Part shown: piece by piece, positions 59,498-64,000 of the stretch | Layout of the letters: each line of letters starts with the position of its first letter | Numbering within the stretch: position 1 is the stretch's first letter | NCBI GenBank assembly: GCA_003280965.1 | Contig: QCDI01000001.1 | Location: 96,001 to 160,000, forward strand | From: Prochlorococcus sp. AG-355-B18 | Lineage (GTDB): Bacteria; Cyanobacteriota; Cyanobacteriia; PCC-6307; Cyanobiaceae | DNA: 64,000 nucleotides | Direction: 5' to 3' | The notes under the pieces: generated by a model | Databases searched by the model: none | Told to the model about the DNA's origin: nothing | The model's input: only the letters and a program-made list of their open reading frames with translations | Position numbers and translations under genes: made by a program

Positions 59498-61018
59498 CTA
59501 TTTCCTAGTCCTTCCAAATTTATTTCCTAACTCACTAAAAATTGTAATATCATCTTCAATTTCTTCTAAGGGACGATTCAACTTCCACTTCCAGTTATTT
59601 TTTGTAGTGCCAGGTATATTTAATCTACTTGAGTCATCTAGAGATAATATATCTTGTATGGGAGCGATAAAGAGATTGGCATCTGTTTTCATGCCAATTT
59701 CAATTAAACTCCACGAAGGATCTTCTGAAAATTTATACTCATCACTTATCCTTTTTTTGGAGTTGCTTTCTAAAGAATCCCACCATGATATAGAAGTAGA
59801 GTTGTCATGTGTTCCTGTATAAACAACCCAATTTTCTCCATTTATATTCCTAGGTAGATATGGGTTATCTTTGTTGCCATCAAAAGCAAATTGCAATATT
59901 TTCATTCCAGGGAGTTTAAAATTTTTCCTTAATTTTTCTACATCTGGGGTTATTACTCCCAAATCCTCAGCGATAATTGGTAGATATTCTGTCCCTAAAT
60001 CAAATTTTAGTTTACTTAATAGAGATCTCCCTGGAGAACTTATCCATTTTCCAGAAATTGCAGTTTTAGAATTGCCATTAACTCTCCAGTATCCAGCTAG
60101 ACCTCTGAAATGATCAAGTCTCAAAAGGTCCATAAGTTCAAATTGCCTTTTAAATCTGTTCCTCCACCAATAGAAATTAGTATTTTTATGTTTTGACCAA
60201 AAGTAAGTAGGAGTTCCCCATAATTGTCCTGTTGATGAAAAATAATCAGGCGGTACACCACTCTGAAATATTAAAGTTCCATTTTTAAAAATTGAAAATA
60301 GTGATTTATTACTCCATACATCAGCGCTGTCCCAAGAAACATAAAATGGTAAATCTCCTATTAATTTAACATTACATAATTTTGCAAAGTTTTTAATATC
60401 TTTCCATTGCTTATCTAAATGCCACTGTATTAATTTTTTAATAAGTATTTTTTCACTTTTTTTCTTAATCCATGATTTTAAAAACTTGTTATTTTTTAAT
60501 TTAAATTCTTTAGGCCATTGCCACCATGGCATCATATTAAACTCCTCCCTGATTACAGTAAATGTTGAATAATCTTCGATCCAAGAATTCTCACTATTCC
60601 ATTTATAAAAATCAAGTTTTCTCTCCTCAGATTGAGAATTCCAGCCTTGCAAAAGGAGGTCACCTAATTTTTCCGAATAAGCATTAGCTTCATTAAAATC
60701 AAAATAATTTTTAGCCTGATTTGTAAGACCTAATTCTTCTTTCTTTGAAATGAAGATAAAACTTTTCTCTATTAAATCATCCATATCAAGAAACCAAGGG
60801 TTTAGTGCAAAACTTGATGGTGAACTATATGGAGACCCTGTAGAGTCTGTGGGTGTAATAGGTAAAAATTGCCAGTATTCAATCCCATGCTTTTCAAGCT
60901 TTTTTATCCATTCTTTAGCCCCTTTGCCAAAAGTTCCGCATACCTCTCCTCCAGGGATACATGAGGGATGCATGAGTATGCCTAATGATTTATTTTTAAG
61001 AACTTTTTGTTTAGACAT
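59498..61018 (-). CDS. malQ: 4-alpha-glucanotransferase
   Basis: GILMHPS, SPYS, GVPPDYFS.TGQLWG, RLDHFRG, AEDLG, GTHDN. Confidence 0.96.
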   Translation of the reverse strand: MSKQKVLKNKSLGILMHPSCIPGGEVCGTFGKGAKEWIKKLEKHGIEYWQFLPITPTDSTGSPYSSPSSFALNPWFLDMDDLIEKSFIFISKKEELGLTNQAKNYFDFNEANAYSEKLGDLLLQGWNSQSEERKLDFYKWNSENSWIEDYSTFTVIREEFNMMPWWQWPKEFKLKNNKFLKSWIKKKSEKILIKKLIQWHLDKQWKDIKNFAKLCNVKLIGDLPFYVSWDSADVWSNKSLFSIFKNGTLIFQSGVPPDYFSSTGQLWGTPTYFWSKHKNTNFYWWRNRFKRQFELMDLLRLDHFRGLAGYWRVNGNSKTAISGKWISSPGRSLLSKLKFDLGTEYLPIIAEDLGVITPDVEKLRKNFKLPGMKILQFAFDGNKDNPYLPRNINGENWVVYTGTHDNSTSISWWDSLESNSKKRISDEYKFSEDPSWSLIEIGMKTDANLFIAPIQDILSLDDSSRLNIPGTTKNNWKWKLNRPLEEIEDDITIFSELGNKFGRTRK

Positions 61019-61278
61019 GGGTTTAAATTATATTTTGATTATTATCAATCCAGATGTTATTAATTCTCTAAATTCAACCATATACAAATTTTTTTTAATT
61101 GACAAATAATAATCAAATTATTTTTCAGAATGAATTTAAAATAAAATTCTATTTTTAATCCAATTCAAATAATGTTTAGCGATAACGAAGATATGACTTT
61201 TGAAAAGATCTATTGATTATTTTTTGCGAAAATCATATAAACGACTACGATAAGGATATAGTTTATATTGCTAATTTC

Positions 61279-62274
61279 GTGAGTAGTTTTATCACGGCAG
61301 TGCAGAATAATGAATCTAAGTTTAATCTAACTAATAGTAGATTAGGGTTAGTAAGTGGAACAACAAATCCTAAATTAGCTGAAGAAATTGCATCCTACTT
61401 AGGGATTACGAATGTACCATTGATATCCAAAAAATTTGCTGATGGAGAACTTTATGTTCAGATTCAGCAATCAATTAGAGGTTGCGACGTATTCCTTGTA
61501 CAACCTACATGCGCTCCTGTGAATGATAGTTTAATGGAATTAATGATTATGGTGGATGCTTGCAAGAGGGCATCTGCGAGGCAAATAACAGCTGTTATCC
61601 CATATTATGGCTATGCGAGGGCGGATAGAAAGACTTCAGGTAGAGAGTCTATAACTGCAAAGCTCACTGCTAATTTGCTTGAGAAATCAGGAGTAGATAG
61701 AGTCCTTGCTATGGATTTGCATTCAGCTCAAATACAAGGCTATTTCGACATACCTTGCGACCATATTTATGGTTCACCTGTTTTGATTGATTATTTAGAA
61801 ACTTTAAATTTAGAGGAAGTTGTTGTTGTCTCTCCTGATGTGGGAGGGGTTGCTAGAGCAAGAGCATTTGCAAAACAAATGAATGATGCCCCTTTAGCAA
61901 TAATTGACAAAAGAAGAGCAGCTCATAACATTGCTGAAAGTTTAACAGTCATTGGTGAAGTGAAAGGTAAAACAGCTATTCTTATAGACGATATGATAGA
62001 TACTGGAGGTACGATTTGTTCTGGTGCGAGTTTATTAAAACGAGAGGGTGCTAAGAGAATATTTGCTTGTGCTTCACATGCTGTATTTTCACCTCCTTCT
62101 TATGAAAGATTAAGTGCTAAGGATTTATTCGAGCAAGTTATTGTGACTAACAGCATACCAGTTGTTGTTAAAAATAATTTCCCACAGTTAAAAGTCCTTT
62201 CTGTTGCAAATATGCTTGGTGAAGCTATTTGGAGAATCCACGAAGAAAGTTCTGTTAGTTCAATGTTTAGATAA
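61279..62274 (+). CDS. prs: Ribose-phosphate pyrophosphokinase
   Basis: FADGE, PYYGYAR.DRK, DLHS.QIQG, SPDVGG, DDMIDTGGT; GTG 61279 preferred. Confidence 0.96.
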   Translation: MSSFITAVQNNESKFNLTNSRLGLVSGTTNPKLAEEIASYLGITNVPLISKKFADGELYVQIQQSIRGCDVFLVQPTCAPVNDSLMELMIMVDACKRASARQITAVIPYYGYARADRKTSGRESITAKLTANLLEKSGVDRVLAMDLHSAQIQGYFDIPCDHIYGSPVLIDYLETLNLEEVVVVSPDVGGVARARAFAKQMNDAPLAIIDKRRAAHNIAESLTVIGEVKGKTAILIDDMIDTGGTICSGASLLKREGAKRIFACASHAVFSPPSYERLSAKDLFEQVIVTNSIPVVVKNNFPQLKVLSVANMLGEAIWRIHEESSVSSMFR

Positions 62275-62283
62275 TCACTAAAA

Positions 62284-62727
62284 TCATTTTTTGGTTTCTT
62301 TTATAATTTGCTTTAACCTTTTTTCATAATCATTTTTTATTCCCTTTGGAATGCTTTCGGGACAAATATTTAGTGCACTTCCAACAATTTGAAATGTGCC
62401 TGAGTTATATAATTTTTCTTGGTTGAGTTTTTCATTTCCTAATTCTTTAATAACCCCACCATGTTTGCCAATTATTACATTTGCAAACGTAGCGCTTGCA
62501 ATGCCAAGACCTTTGTTAAAGTCTACTTCTGCTTTTGAAGCAATACAAAGATAAGAGGCACCCATTTGTCGGTATAAGAAAAGATCTTTTTCTGTTGCAG
62601 CAGCAAGATTTTTTTCGGCTTTAAATTGTTTATTTATTGTACCAATCTCGAAAAGTGCGAAAGCTGAAAAGAGGCTAATACCTAAAAGTTGAATAATTTT
62701 TTTTGAATAATAATTAATATCCATCAA
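62284..62727 (-). CDS. Conserved hypothetical protein
   Basis: 147-aa ORF, N-terminal hydrophobic segment, two Cys. Confidence 0.75.
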   Translation of the reverse strand: MMDINYYSKKIIQLLGISLFSAFALFEIGTINKQFKAEKNLAAATEKDLFLYRQMGASYLCIASKAEVDFNKGLGIASATFANVIIGKHGGVIKELGNEKLNQEKLYNSGTFQIVGSALNICPESIPKGIKNDYEKRLKQIIKETKK

Positions 62728-62787
62728 CTAATAATATTTACTATTAAGATAACATTTATACTTTTGACATTAATTGATAAAAAGTAC

Positions 62788-63330
62788 TTACTTAATAATT
62801 TTTATTTCATGGTGATTCTCGACTATTTTAAGTTTATTTTTTTCCCATGAATATATAACCCGGAATCTATAATTGTCTAAATCTACAAGTCTTGTGTGCT
62901 CAATAATATACCAATCATTATAGGAAGATTCAAAAATCATTTCATGTTCATCGACTTGCTTAATATTTGATATTCCTTCAACATTACTTAAATAAAAATT
63001 TTCTCTTATAAGTTGATGTCCCTTTAAAAATGCTTGCATTTCACCTTGTTCTTTATACTGCGGATTCTCCTCGAAGAAATTGTATTTTTTTTCTGGATAC
63101 CATGTGAATTTATAGTGTGACTCCCATTCTGATTTATTCTCTAGAGCTTCTATATTTAAATTCATACATAAGTTATAAGTTTTTTGTTCATCATCAAGAA
63201 AATATGTCCTATTTGATTTCCACAAGCCAATATTTCTAGAAAACCATCTTTTTAAATTACTGTTAATGCTAATTTCTGGGGAATTATTTCCACCAGAATT
63301 TAGATTTTCCTTTTGATTGATAACAACCAT
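62788..63330 (-). CDS. Hypothetical protein, CpcS/CpeS lyase-like beta-barrel
   Basis: WF.RNIGLWKSNRTY N-terminal pattern reminiscent of CpcS/CpeS; function unverified. Confidence 0.55.
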   Translation of the reverse strand: MVVINQKENLNSGGNNSPEISINSNLKRWFSRNIGLWKSNRTYFLDDEQKTYNLCMNLNIEALENKSEWESHYKFTWYPEKKYNFFEENPQYKEQGEMQAFLKGHQLIRENFYLSNVEGISNIKQVDEHEMIFESSYNDWYIIEHTRLVDLDNYRFRVIYSWEKNKLKIVENHHEIKIIK

Positions 63331-63435
63331 ATATAAATATGTCCTAATTATTCATAGCTTATCTGTAGAATAAATATAAATATCTTAATGTGTTTATAAG
63401 GATTAACAGCTTTTCAACACTTCAGGGGCAATCAT

Positions 63436-64000
63436 TTGAATGATAAAAAAGAGCTAAAATTAATACTTGTAGCAGCTAGAAATCAACTTTCTAGTAGTGA
63501 TATTAAGTCCCTGATTGCTTATTTAGAATCTGATGATTGTGAATTTGAGATATCTCTTCAGATCTCCGAGCCCACGGAACAGCCAGAATTACTTGAATTA
63601 CACAGATTAGTTGCTATTCCAGCACTTATAAAGGTTTCCCCAGCTCCAAAGCAAATATTTGCTGGTAGTAATATTTTCTCGCAGTTGCAGAAATGGTTGC
63701 CGAGGTGGAAACAGGAAGGTCTAACAAAGAATCTAGGGATTAATTTGCAACCATCAAAAATTGATTCAATAAGAACTCAAAAAGAATTTCTTCTGGAAGA
63801 TGAACTGCTTGTTTTAAGACAAGAAAATGAGACATTAACAAAAAGAATTGAATCTCAGGAAAGATTATTAAGAATGGTCGCGCATGAATTAAGAACTCCC
63901 TTAACTGCCGCAACTTTAGCTGTTCAAAGTCAAAAACTTGGACAAATAGATATTGCTAAGCTGCAAGAGGTAATAAAAAGACGTTTAGAAGAGATTGAGC
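63436..64000 (+). CDS. sasA: Adaptive-response sensory histidine kinase, truncated by the right edge
   Basis: Not in ORF track; KaiB-like N-terminus ([29 protein letters not shown]) then H-box [10 protein letters not shown]. Confidence 0.92.
   Translation, partial: MNDKKELKLILVAARNQLSSSDIKSLIAYLESDDCEFEISLQISEPTEQPELLELHRLVAIPALIKVSPAPKQIFAGSNIFSQLQKWLPRWKQEGLTKNLGINLQPSKIDSIRTQKEFLLEDELLVLRQENETLTKRIESQERLLRMVAHELRTPLTAATLAVQSQKLGQIDIAKLQEVIKRRLEEIE

Noticed and set aside
11282..61109. Remaining short antisense or overlapping ORFs in the track (e.g. 14443, 15352, 15892, 18464, 19055, 23140, 23826, 28518, 29055, 29567, 35179, 36198, 37452, 44111, 44730, 45206, 46030, 46797, 50924, 52448, 54178, 59607, 59871, 60750)
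   Set aside because: Overlap conserved genes; no independent coding evidence

Overview
AT-rich chromosome segment whose gene content and order indicate a high-light Prochlorococcus. Bases 1-10.7 kb are a genomic island at the 3' end of tRNA-Pro(TGG) (10693-10766, minus). It holds one apparently complete ~7.6 kb integrative, phage-satellite/tycheposon-like element: tyrosine integrase, cargo genes, a rightward operon ending in a possible small terminase, an iteron-type origin, VapE helicase, RepB-type primase and excisionase, bounded by a 46-bp tRNA 3'-end duplication. A second, unrelated element (excisionase, AAA_25 helicase, origin-like repeats, cargo) lies in tandem and runs off the left edge. 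The most unusual signal is the packaging of the cargo: a ~48-50 bp element (4 copies, shared by both elements) fills stop-to-start gaps exactly, and a 23-bp repeat brackets one gene exactly, giving gene-sized cassettes directly behind the integrase. Bases 11-20 kb contain apt, two TPR-sulfotransferases interleaved with two porin genes whose last ~950 bp look identical, an hli gene and small ORFs. From 20.8 kb the window is ordinary core genome (tRNA-Lys, psbY, trmFO, crtH, grxD, bolA, pdxJ, ycf54, recC/recB/recD, DEAD helicase, psbP, recR, lipA, bioB, uppS, cdaA, lysA, clpC, cdsA, malQ, prs, partial sasA). All calls are by eye; no database searches were run.
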